In this document: positions 1 to 11,820 of the stretch, one piece after another
Layout: each line of letters begins with the position of its first letter
Position numbering within the stretch: the first letter of the stretch is position 1
Assembly: GCF_036321535.1 (NCBI RefSeq)
Contig: NC_087437.1
Location: 79,362,001 to 79,426,000 of the forward strand
Length of the DNA: 64,000 bases
Source of the DNA: Camelus dromedarius
Taxonomy: Eukaryota
Direction of reading: 5' to 3'
Position numbers and translations under genes: made by a program
Notes under the pieces: generated by a model
Databases searched by the model: none
Told to the model about the DNA's origin: nothing
The model's input: the letters and a program-made list of their open reading frames with translations, nothing else

Positions 1-377
1 CTTCTTTTAGTGGGAGTCAAAAAATTTATTTTAACCAAGAGAGGATTGATGTTTGGAGTAGAATTTCAGATCTGAAAGAGCTGAAGTATCCAATTACCTC
101 AGTACATAACTAAAGAAAGAAGTTCTGAAAGTTTAGATACTCACATAGTCAAATAGCAACTTTGTGATAAAAGTTAGACTACAACTGTGGTAGGTGATCT
201 TTCTACCCCACCAGGCTGCTTTGTATCTAATTTGAGAAGGTTGCAACACAGGCACCGTTCCAGCATATTTTACTATGTTGATACAGAAGTGTGAAGTGTT
301 GCTATTATTAATACTGAAGTTTTGTTTGGCCATGAGTTTCTTAGCCTCTGAAGAATACATTTCTGTTACCAATGAAT

Positions 378-835
378 AAGGAACTCTTAATCTATTTTGA
401 GCCATTGACTTTTTTGGCAGTTCATTGATGAAAGCTTTGGACCTTTCTCAAAATATCTTTAAATGCCTAACATCAATTACATATGATTACAAAGGAAAAC
501 ATGTTGAAATACAATTATCAATATATTATAAACTGAAAAGTGGGCTCTAGTAGTATACGTATTTATTAATGCATTACAGTGCAGGTATCATTACCAGAAT
601 TTTCTAAGTAGTAATGAGTGAAATCAATTTAGGTATGTGCAACAAATTGTAGTGCAATATGAAAATATCTATGGTTTCTATTGGTAACAGTCACAGCACT
701 GTTAACCATTATAATTTGTTGCTTACACTAATAGTCAAGAGAAATGATAAATTGTACTTATACTTAGAGATTGCTAAAAAGAAAGATATTTATTTTTCCC
801 ACCAAAATCATCTACCCTCTAAATTCTGACCTCAC
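378..835 (+). mobile_element. hAT-Charlie DNA transposon relic, MER119-like
   Basis: Collinear match to recalled MER119 consensus: ctcttaatctattttgagccattgac...ggacctttctcaaaat...gattacaaaggaaa...tgcaacaaattgtagtgcaatatgaaaatatct...ttttcccaccaaa. Confidence 0.7.
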
Positions 836-1981
836 AGCTCTCAAAGATTCTCACAGATTCAAAACTTTTACTTCTGTTGGCTTACATTTTAGAGAGCCTC
901 ATTTGTTCCATTTTAGTCCCTTTGCTTCAGAGTCTAATCCCTTTCCTCGTGACTCAAGATATTTCTGACAATTTCATACCTGAACATGTTCATTTCTAGT
1001 TCAGTTCCTGGGCAATCACTGAAGGTAACATCTTCAAGCAATTGATCTTGCTTAACAACAATGCAGCAATTTGCTTCCAGCCTTGTTAATATCTCCAGTT
1101 GCTAGAGACACGGTTTTGCCTTTATAGGAATAGCAGCATGGTTAACTAAAGCTCTTTTGAAATACAGCAGCATGATAATGACAGCAGCCAATAGCACTAC
1201 TAAACTATAACAAGTTACAATGATAAACCAGAGCTGTCTGAATATTTTAAGCTCAGTATGACTCTTCATGTGAGTGCTTATTAGAATCTATGTTTCCTAA
1301 TCCTAACAGAGAGGATTAAGACAACTACATTTCCAAGCTGTACTCAAGGCAAATGGATCTCACATCATCAGACACTCATGCCAGGAAATAGATTGGTAGA
1401 TTATTAGATCTGAATTAAAAGGATGCTTTCTTTCCCCCAGGCTTCCTTGTTCCTGTGTTTATTATCTCCAATATGCATTTTTTATGATGTTTTAACTATT
1501 GTTTGTTATTATTATCTCATTTTAATTGTGTATTTCATGCCCCGAGCACCTTGATCAGGGGAATGTAATGTAAATAAAATTATCTTGACACACAAAGGCT
1601 GCAGGTGGTGTTTAGATTTGTTTTTCTTGTCTCTCCAGGAAATCATAGACGTATTTTAATTTTTTCTTCTCTTTTGCTCACTTTCTTTGTCCCATATGAC
1701 ACTCAATCCAGAGAACACCTGCAATTAACATATTTTTCAAGAAACTTGTGCCTCTCTACCTCAAATATATCTTTTTAAGGTAACAGAATTTGCAGTGATC
1801 TCAAATATGCAGGAAAAATTTGGGGCAGATTTATTTCTCAACAATTTTCTGTCTTCTCCAGAGACAAAAATCACTTTCACAAAGTATACATCATACAATT
1901 ATATTAACAATGTCAACAATGTCAATTTAAAATACCTTTCAAATAAGAACTCCTGTGTATATACAGCAGGTAGTCTCAACA

Positions 1982-1995
1982 GTAACCATGGAAAC
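1982..1995. promoter_or_regulatory. RFX X-box-like palindrome GTAACCATGGAAAC
   Basis: Close match to GTNRCCATGGHAAC in unique sequence; motif match only. Confidence 0.3.
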
Positions 1996-2129
1996 AACCA
2001 GACTTAGTAATACTTCCACAATCCACATTGCCCACTCTGTGCTAAAGGCTGTGGATGCAGAGATAAAAACAGCAGCTTTCATTGAGGAGCCAAATTCTCA
2101 CTCAGGCAACCTGAAATGTTGGAAAGAAC

Positions 2130-2340
2130 TACCCTTGTGTCAACTCTATATCAAGGGTTTTGCATGCACTGTCTTTATTAATTGTACTTTTTCAGCTGTC
2201 CTGGTGATAGCATTATTTCCCTCCATTTTACTGAAGACACAAACGGGTTTCAGAGCAGCTAAACAACTTGCTTGAGACTGTAGAGCTGGTACATGATAGA
2301 GTCAGCATTCTAATCACAACTCAAAGAGTAGAAGCCATGT
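2130..2340 (-). mobile_element. MIR SINE relic
   Basis: Reverse MIR core: attatttccctccattttactgaagacacaaacgggtttcagagcagctaaacaacttgc. Confidence 0.65.
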
Positions 2341-2779
2341 CCTCTTTATTTTATTTTATTTTTTAAAGGCTTTATTATTTAAAAGCTATTTCAGGTTCAC
2401 ATGTACTATCTTTTTTAATAGATAAAATCTGGCCTTCCATATTCAAAGAATCATTACTAATCGAAACATTTTCCATCTTTGCCCTAATTACACAATAATT
2501 TCTTTTTTGTTGACTATACTAGAGCATTGGCTTTTCTTGTCTTGTGCTATAAATGCAAATTAATTTAACTGGCATATATTAGTTTTGTTTTTCATGTTAA
2601 CCTATATAACTACAATAGTATTAATGGAAGTAAACAGCTTATTTTAGTTAAACCATCCAACCTCGCATATCTGTCTAATATCATATGCAGTATCTCATGA
2701 GTCTAAATAATAAATGTAAGAAACAGCAAAGATACAAATACTCATTATTTGTAAATTTTCAGAGGAGTACATTTTTAAA

Positions 2780-2920
2780 CACTTTTATTATGGTATGGTT
2801 CCTCTACAGTAAACTACACATATTTCAGATGTATACTTTGATGAATTTTGATAGATGTGTACACCAATGAAACCATTACCACAGTCAAGATAGCTAACAT
2901 TTCCATCACTCCTCAAGAGG
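2780..2920 (-). mobile_element. Old L1 (L1MB/L1ME-type) 3' end fragment
   Basis: Typical reversed L1M 3'UTR: ttttattatgg...tttgatgaattttgatagatgtgtacaccaatgaaaccattaccacagtcaagatagctaacatttccatcac. Confidence 0.7.
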
Positions 2921-2924
2921 TGCA

Positions 2925-4002
2925 ATGTTCGAATTCCCAATTTATCCCTTCCCACCCCCTTTAACCCCTAGTAACCGTAAGTTTGTTTTCTATGTCTGTG
3001 AGTCTGTTTCTGTTTTGTAGATAAGTTTATTTGTGTCTTTTTTTTTTTAAGATTCCACATATAAGTGGTATCATATGGCATTTTTCCTTCTCTTTCTGAC
3101 TTCACTTAGAATGATGATCTCCCAGTCCATCTATGTTGCTGCAAATGGCATTATTTCATTCTTTTGTATGGCCAAGTAGTATTCCATTGTATATTTATAT
3201 CACACCTTCTTTATCCAGTTATCTACTGATGGACATTTGGGTTGTTTCCATGTCTTGGCTATTGTATATAGTGCCGCTATGAACATTGGGGTGCATGTGT
3301 CTTTTTGAATTATTTTTCTCTGGGTATATGCCCAGGAGTGGGATTGCTGGGTCATAGGGTAAGTCTATTTTTAGTTTTTTAAGGAACCTCCATACAGTCC
3401 TCCACAGTGACTGCACCAGTTGACATTCCCACCAACAGTGTAGGAGAGTTCCTTTTTCTCCACACCTTCTCCAGAATTTATTGTTTGTGGACTTCTGAAT
3501 GATGGCCATTCTGACAGGCGTGAGGTAAAATCTCATTATAGTTTTGATTTGTATTTCTCTAACAATTAGTAATATTGAGCATCTTTTCATGTGCTTGTTG
3601 GCCATCTGTATGCCTCCTTTGAGAGATGTCTGTTGAGGTCTTCTGCTCATTTTTTGATTGGGTTGCTTGTTTTTTGGATATTAACATATATGAGCTGTTC
3701 ATATATTTTGGAAATTAGTCCCTTGTAGGTCATATCTTTCACAAGTTTTTTCTCCCATTCTGTAGGTTGTCTTTTTGTTTTGTTGATGGTATCCTTAGCT
3801 GTGCAAAAGCTGTTAAGTTTAATTAGATCTCATTTGTTTATTTTTTCTTTTATTTCCATTACTCCAGGAGCTGGTTCAAAAAATATATTTCTGTGATTTA
3901 TGTCTAAGAGCATTCTGCCTATGTTTTCTGCTAGGAGTTTTATAGTATCTGGTCTTACATTTAAGTCTTTAATCCATTTTGAATTTATTTTTGTATATGG
4001 TT
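2925..4002 (-). mobile_element. Lineage-specific L1, 5'-truncated (ORF2 C-terminus plus part of 3'UTR), missing its 3' terminus and poly(A)
   Basis: ORF 3219..3650 encodes the ORF2 CCHC region ([16 protein letters not shown]...[12 protein letters not shown]); collinear with the copies at 22030 and 61574. Confidence 0.93.
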
Positions 4003-4454
4003 TAAACTTTATACTAAGAATTCACTAACCTCAGTATTCAAGAGACTAGAGATCATTAGTGACTAAATCCCATTGCTTAGGGCAGAAGAATTCACTGGTT
4101 TGAGAATGGCACAGGAAACTGCCACATACCTGTTTACTGTGTGCACTTGAGAAAATCAGATAAAGTCATTATTTTTAACTTGTGTGTTTTAGATACAGAA
4201 TATTTCCTCTCACTTCAAGTAAAGGGAAAGCCTTCAAATTCACTGATAGACCTTATATTCTTCAGAAGAATTGCTATGAAAGGAACCTAAAACAGAAAGA
4301 CATAGTAAAGTAAATGAAAGTGTTGTTATAATTTATACTGGATGGACTTTCTTCAAGGGCAGAAGGGCAGATACTCTAGTCATTTAGTGAACTTTCTACT
4401 AATTAACAAAATTTTTGATAGAGTGAATGCTCTGCAAATGTCAAATGCATACAA

Positions 4455-4580
4455 GAATAAGAGAAGGGAGGAGAAAATGAAAAGATAGGAGAAAGAAGTC
4501 TGAATGGAAGAAGAGAGGAAGAAAGAAAAGAAGGAAGGAAACAAGGAGGGAGGGAAGGAGAAAAAGGAGGGAAGGAAGAG
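4455..4580. repeat. GA-rich low-complexity polypurine tract
   Basis: gagaagggaggagaaaatgaaaag...gaaggaaggaaacaaggagggagggaaggag. Confidence 0.85.
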
Positions 4581-5792
4581 TACAAAGAAGATTCACTAAA
4601 TTCTTTTTTGTTGAAACTATTTTAGAAGGTGAATTTTGCAACTCATCAAGGTGGAATCTACCATCCTGAAAATATTCCATTCTTTACCATGGTATCAGTA
4701 TTCCAAATTTAGACAGTGATAGTTACGATTTCAACAAATAAGACTTCAGTGAGTCTTTCTCTTTCTTGTCAATGTCCATTGACATGGTTCCATCAAATTG
4801 CATGTAGTTTTCTGTCCCACTTCCATAAATCTTCATATGAGCAGTGATAACTCATACTGAATCTTATTGTCTACCAACCGTGCTGAAAGCTAATGAGAAC
4901 TCACTAAAATTTCATTAAAATAATGGTGGAAACACAATTTGGCTTGAAATTGTAGAGTTTCTTGAATTTGTTTTTGTTTATTTTTATTTTGTCTTTATCT
5001 ATGCTAAACTTGTCTTAGTAGGTATATTTTAAGCTTTATCAGCTCTGAAACTGTACCTTACTTTTTGTTTCTTTTGTTCCTAACCCATCTGTGCCACATG
5101 TCTAAGCACAAGTAGAGGCTGATATTCTTGGATTCTATAGATTGGCAGAATTAGTTAACTAGTAATGATAAACATATCAGGTGAGTTTAAAATAATATAA
5201 ATAAAATAATAAACCTTACTGTTAACATTCATCAGAACTAAGCATTTTCTAGAGAAAGTTCTAATGGTTAATTTGTCAGAGACTAACAGCAAATTATTTG
5301 ACTGGCTGTTTGTTTCTGTGAAAAATTGTGTTTCCTGTAGACTGTCCTTCACCTCCATAATCATATCCAATATTTAAATGGACACAGATCCAAAGACCAC
5401 ATGGTGATATCAGGGCCTAAAACATGAGCAATTTTGACCAGCTTGGAAAAGGATGAACAACCACATCCTTTCCTACAATAAAATTCTGTTTAGTAGCACT
5501 TCAGAAAATATCTACTAAATATAAGGCATCTCTCTGTCAAACTGAAACACTTTAATTTTGTTTCCCAAGACACCTTTGCAGGTGGAGAGTATTACTTAAG
5601 GTGATCTATTTGCTGATTCCAGTATAAACCCAAATTGCAAAAACAAGCTTATATCATCAAGATTGTAGAAATATGAAACATGCAATTGTACATAACACTT
5701 CTAATTTTGTTGCCTATGCTTTTTGGATTGCATTAGGGAGTGGGGTTTAATAAGATTGGGCTGTCCGTACAGCATGACTAACTTTGTGTGGG

Positions 5793-5846
5793 ACGCCCCT
5801 CTGCCGGGCACTTGCAAGCAGCAATAAGAGCTCCCTCTGCTGCCGA
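5793..5846 (-). promoter_or_regulatory. Candidate tandem CTCF-like motifs in a CpG-retaining patch
   Basis: Minus strand reads GGCAGCAGAGGGAGCT (about 5829-5844) and CCCGGCAGAGGGGCG (about 5794-5808), compared with core CCASYAGRKGGCRS. Confidence 0.45.
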
Positions 5847-8519
5847 GAAATGCGTTTTGCTTTCATTTTTATTAAAATCTTCGCCCAGCTCCTCTGGTGT
5901 TTGTTCTTTAATTTATATTCCTTGTAATCACTACCTGCTTCTGTTATTTTAAAAATTATTTTTATGTTATATTATTTTTTAAGGCAAAAGCATGTCAATT
6001 AAATTCAGTATTTAATTATTTTAAGTTAGCCAAAATTGTCTCCACTTAAAGGATGATTGCAAATAGTTCTTGGTTGAAAAGCCCAAACATCAATGTAGTC
6101 AGAGTTGCATTAATCTCAGAAATGTTGTAATTATCTAAAATTCCAGATAAATATAATATTTTATCACATACCTTCAGAGAGTCTAACATATGAACTTTTC
6201 CACTGAGTTAATATCCTGAAGCTGGTTATGAAAACCTCTGCACTGCCATAAAATGCATAAATTAGCAATTTACCTAAACTCGTGGATATTTCAAAATGGG
6301 TCTTTCTGAAATTCTGCATAGCCTCTGAAATGTGTCTAAATGGATTCCGTAGCATGATTGAGATTCCTTGAGACACCTCTGTTACCTGTTATTAATGACT
6401 TCTCTCAAGACATTTACAAAAAACAAGGAGGAGCACAAAAGGAATTTTGTGGTGAGGATGCCAGTGATCAACAGAGGTTATTTACAAGGATTTTTCAGTT
6501 CTTGCATTTTAAGCCATGCTTCAGCTAAATTATAAAGTATTTTATATTATGGATCTTTGAGGTCACCCAAGAGTAATTAAACCCCTAATATTAAATTCTC
6601 TAAATCTGAAATTATATTGTTTTGAAATTTCATTCATGATTCTATGAAAATCATCAATTAGAAATCCCAACATTGAGATTAATTTTGATAATAATATAGG
6701 AGTAATCTAGGAGACAAAAATTATACTGAGTGAAATGTAAATAATGATTCTACAAAGTATCAGAAATCAACATGTTCCTTACTAGAATGGGAAGCTGCCT
6801 ACAGTTCTCTGCCTTCACGATCACCTGGATATGTCCTAGGAGATGGCCAAACTTTTCTAAGCAGTATCGGTAGCAGTAATAGTATGTGCACATTATGAGA
6901 TTTGCTTTTAGGATAATTTGATTCTTACACATTTTACTGTGTCAGCAAAGGTGTTAGAAAGTACAGACTTGTCCAATATTAGCTCATGCACGCAGCAATC
7001 AAACTAATGAGTCCAGACTTAGCTTACCTGGGAGTAGATCATACCGAGTAATCATAGGTCAGGGAGTTAAAGCTGGCACTGAGCCAAGACCAGAGAAAAT
7101 TAAAATTCACTACAAATTTCAAGTAGAATATGTGAGGTATGTAGGTGGGACTTAACAAAGGAAAAGCAATCAAGAATAAGCTCAAGAATAAAATAATTTA
7201 TATTTACCATACAACACATAAAACCAAGACTCACTCTTTGTATCTTGGCTTTGCCTGTGATATTCATAGAGTGCAACACTAGAAAGTTTAAAGCAGGTGT
7301 GTAAAGGTGCAAAGGAAATCTCATGAGGCAGAAGCAGTAATGGCTGAGGGAGATTGATTCTGACATTTGTAGATGTCAGAGGCTAGAACACACTGTGAAA
7401 CTTAGATTTCAGATCTGAGGACACTGAGACTAAAAATTGAAACCTACAAAAATAAAGATATATTTCCATTAAGAGATGATATATTTTTACTTCTCTGCCT
7501 TGTGAAATGGTAGATAATTTTATGCATTAATATAACTGCATTTCAGGGAATTAGCTAAATTTTTGGAATATGTTAGAAGTGAGGAGAAGAAACTGTTACT
7601 ACATCGCAAGTCAATTGTACTTTAAAAGATTCTCTCTCTTTTGTAAACTTTAAACACAATCAAGGTTGAGGTTTGAATGCTCACCTCTCTCCAGGGGAAG
7701 AGGGAATGTGTCCAACATTCACTACAAAGTTTTGCAAAGTAGAGAATAAAATGGTGCCACATTTTCAGCTATTTGAAAAGTCTGCTGGCGTGAGGTTAAG
7801 AGAGCTCTCACTTTTGACTTTTGTCCTTTCTTCTGCAGTCTTCAAACATCTGTCCTTGACACGTTTGTTACAACTTGTCTTTTGCTCCTTTCCCGTCTCT
7901 TTTCACCATTTCAACAAATCCTAATTTCCATCTCCCTAGTTTCCTTTAATGAGAAGCAAGTTTGTTTCTTTTTTTAAAGGTTTGCCAGTGTTTCAACAAG
8001 ACATTAACTTATTGAAAACCCATGATGTAGTTATTATTATTTAAGGCATATAAGGGATTTGAAGAGATTAATGCCTACATATAGACCAAATCATTAGGGA
8101 GCACTTAATTTTGAATTCTGGTATGACTACAATCATAAAAAGGGTTCAGTGATGGAAGAGATTATTTGTGAATTGGTATAATCAAAGAAATCAGTGCTGA
8201 AACATAACCAGAACTTGGAATACGAGAGGTAAAATAATGGCGCTACAGACATGAGACACATTTGTTACTGAGTAAAGCAGGAAAAGGTATCAAATAAGTC
8301 TTAGTCAAATCCAGGGTAAAATAAAAGATATACTCCAAAGGTAAAGGATGATGTTCTTAATTTTAGGAGGATTTGTTCCAGAATGGAGCAAGAACATGGG
8401 AGTAGAAGAAAGTGAGTTACCTAACAACTTTTCCTAGTGAAGAGATAGGCCTGACAAAACATAATGAAATTGAACTCTAGGAATTGCAGTAGAAAGTGTA
8501 ACTACTTGGTACAAGTCAG

Positions 8520-8905
8520 GGGGTGCCTCATGTCCACTGCACAGGTAACGTTCCCTTTAGTCCAGCCCCTGCCCCCCAGCCATTTCCAGCAGAAGTTACA
8601 CAGTTGCGCAAGTTATGAAGGAGAAGCAGGAGCATAGCTTTCTGTTCAGGAAAAGGAAGGAGGGAACAAGGCAAGCGATGGAAATAGGACCCCTCTTCTC
8701 CTTCCACTGCTGGTGCGAGATATCAACCTCCCACGAGGACCAGCTGTCAGCGTACAGACTGCACACTAGGAGGCTGCGTTCTAACCTTGGGCTTTGTCTT
8801 GGAAAGATTCAGCTTGTGGACCTACTGAAATGACACGCCTGCCAAGCGTCTAGCTCACTCCTGCCGCACAGCACTTACTTGATTCCCAAATCCTTCCGGG
8901 TCAAG
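8520..8905. promoter_or_regulatory. Candidate enhancer/promoter (CpG-retaining unique sequence)
   Basis: About 11 CpGs in about 360 bp against a depleted background; TTGCGCAA (C/EBP) 8604-8611, CAGCTG E-box 8741, TGCCAA NFI half-site 8840, CCGGAAG ETS (minus) 8893-8899. Confidence 0.45.
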
Positions 8906-9114
8906 ATTAACTTTAGATAAAAACAGAATGTAAGCAAATGTTATCTTTTACTTTCAGGAAAAGGCGCTACACAATAAGAAGAAATGAGGAGTTGAGGTAC
9001 TAGCGCATCTAGAGGTCTGTCCTCAAGGAAACACTGAGGAAAGTTTGGTGAGAGATGGAGAAATGATTAACATCTCAAGGCTGCATTCACTTGCACAGAG
9101 GAAGAACGTATAAA

Positions 9115-9325
9115 ATAGGTAAGAACCTAAGACTGCTGGGGCCAAATCCTGACTGCTCTGCTATGAGTGTGACTTGGGCCAAGTTTTTCCATTTCTTTGT
9201 GCCTCTGTTTCCTTTTCTGTGAAATGGGGATGACAGCAGTACTTTCTCCATGGTGTTGTTATGAGGATAAATGATGTAATGTGCTTAGTATGAGGGGCTC
9301 TGTAGGCACTACGTATAGCCGACAA
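9115..9325 (+). mobile_element. MIR SINE
   Basis: MIR core: gtgtgacttgggccaag...tgtgcctctgtttccttttctgtgaaatggggatgac...gttgttatgaggataaatga. Confidence 0.85.
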
Positions 9326-9339
9326 TTATACTGAAGCTC

Positions 9340-9500
9340 AGTTTAGCAAACATTGTACAGATATATTTTCATACTATCCTGAAAGTTGCTTTCATTATTC
9401 CCCTTACTTCGTGGGCGAAACTAAGGCTTAACAATTCCTTGTAGCTTTCTCGAGATCATAGAAAATGATTTCATCCAGTCCTGGACCTTTGTGCCATCTT
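9340..9500 (-). mobile_element. MIR SINE relic
   Basis: cattattccccttacttcgtgggcgaaactaaggctta resembles the reverse MIR core. Confidence 0.5.
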
Positions 9501-10202
9501 TACCCAGTCAGTCTCTAAAATCTGGCACTTAAATCTGAACACATCCTTTTGTATCTTGGGCTGCACCAACCTAAAGAAAGTATGGGAGAGGAAGGGCAAA
9601 GTGGTTGATATTTTGCCACTGTCTACATATTTCAGGCTGTACTCTCAACTCATCTGAGGTGTGATCTCTCTGTACTGTTCATTTGCAGTATTTGTCCCCA
9701 CCTTTCACTGCTTTTACTGGCAACTTCTAAATATATTGTACCAAAAAATTTATGCTAGTTATCTTATTAATATTCCCCCCAAAAGATATCCTAAAAGCTA
9801 AATCTTTATTATGTCTGCATTAACCTAAATCTCTTGCCTTTAGTATCGTAGTCACATTTAAACAACAATGCAGTGACACTCATAATTCAGAAAGCATGCA
9901 AGGTGAAATGAGTCTAATTGGAAAAATATGCATATGAAGCCTCAGAGTAGACCTGCTACAGCCAAGTTCAAAATGTACATAGTTCCGATCTCAATATTCC
10001 ACAGTAGTAGCACAAAAAGCAACATATTGCATTAACACATAAACATAAAAATGCCATAGCCTATTCATGGGAGACAGGTGTTAAATTATAGGAGTGTGTA
10101 TTGTTCATATGGTATTTATGTCTTTCAAGTTTGTTTGACATTCCAGAAACAGTGTGCCTGGGACTCATGAATAAAATTGGCAGCATTTTCTCTTATTTTC
10201 TT

Positions 10203-10232
10203 TATATATGTGTGTGTGTGTGTATATATATA
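10203..10232. repeat. (TA)n(TG)n(TA)n compound microsatellite
   Basis: tatatatgtgtgtgtgtgtgtatatatata. Confidence 0.85.
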
Positions 10233-11259
10233 TTTCTCATTCTTACTTTCTGTTGAGAAGGCATGTAGAGGTAAATTCATCTATGTCTCTTAACACACAC
10301 ACTAATTGTACATAGAAAAAATCAATTAACTCTGTGGAACACTTTGTACCTTTATACTTTGTGATTATTCTTTTTCTGATTCCTGTTATTTCAAGTGGCA
10401 AGAATCTGTTCAGTTACTTTGAAACAGAAAGATAACATTACTAACAGTAAGCAGAGAACGATAAATGGAAGCATACAGGGATCTTAGAAGGACAAAACAA
10501 AAAATAATACTAAAAATTTTTAAAATGTACCTCTTTCGGGAACATCCTAGACATTCTAATATGATAATTCACAATATAGCTCATTTGACAGGATAGAGAG
10601 AAAGGTGTGAGTTTTATCTACTAGATAGGTCCAAAACAGACCATTGTTTGTGATGCTGAATAGATAAAGTATATACTTGGACACATATAAAATAGGGAAA
10701 AATTAGCAGCTCATATTAGTAAATGGTTCTTTCCTCTCTGTTGCAACATATTTCTACTTTTCATTTAATTTAGTTTTCATTATAAATTGGATGAGTTATA
10801 CTAGAAGTGTGGGCTGGAAGAATTTTAATTACTTAATCCTTAGGAGAGAAATACATTGTACGGAAAGCTAATTTAGTTCCTTAGTGAGTTCTGAAGTTGT
10901 GAAGTCTGAATATATATATGTATATATTCAAATATAAAATATAATTTATATATACATATATTTGTGTTCAGATATAAACCTCAGATATATTAATTTAAGT
11001 GAACCTCTGTCACTAATTCTGGTCACGATGGTTTGGGAGATCTGACAATAATACCAACAGGTGATGTGGCTATATTAGCGTTAATCTCAATGCCTAGTTT
11101 CCAAACATACCTTTAAACTATAACAGATTTGTTTGTGTGAGGCTCTAGACTCCTTTAAGCTCACAAGATATCATTTAAGCATTTACCTCTCCCAAACAAT
11201 CAAATAGTAAGTCACCAAATAGATTAATTTGTAAGAATTGGAAGTATTCTCAAGCATCT

Positions 11260-11820
11260 TCTAATTATCTAGCACCTTCCTGAATACTTTAGGAGTCACA
11301 AGAAATAAAGAGAACAGTCCTCATCTACAAGGAAATGAGAATTGTAACTAAGAGACAACACATGGAAACATAGAGCAAACAAAGATACAGCGTGAATGTA
11401 CTTCAATAAAATATATGTGTGTAGACAAATATATGAAGGAGATCTGTGTAATTAGCACTATTCTCAAAAGACAAGGCATTGGCTTAAACTACTGGAGCTT
11501 GAGTTATAACAAATTTTTGAAAGAGATGGAATTATACATGAATTGAAGAAAGAGGAATAAAAAAGTCAAGTGGATTGAGTGAAAGATTTATTTTCCTTTA
11601 GGTATAGGAGACCTACATTAATTTTAGGCCAGGAAAAAAGAAGAAATCTGTGGAGAATAAGGAAGAGGAGAATATGAGAAAGGGCTTATGTTTTAAAGCA
11701 GTGGAAAGTATATCTTGGTCACTAACAGTTAGAAAAAATATGGTAGACTCAAATGGAGCGAGATTCTGGGTTATGTTTAAAATTTAAATTCCAAGTGCAT
11801 ATTGAGACTTTCCATTTTAA
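11260..11820 (-). mobile_element. Highly diverged L2 LINE fragment
   Basis: Purine-rich reversed L2 3'-region pattern (agaacagtcctcatctacaagg...gagatggaattatacatgaattgaagaa...ttttaggccagg). Confidence 0.45.

Noticed and set aside
7022..7080. Resemblance to the U1 snRNA 5' end (cttacctgg)
   Set aside because: Similarity is limited to about 9 nt; better explained as the reverse complement of a splice donor
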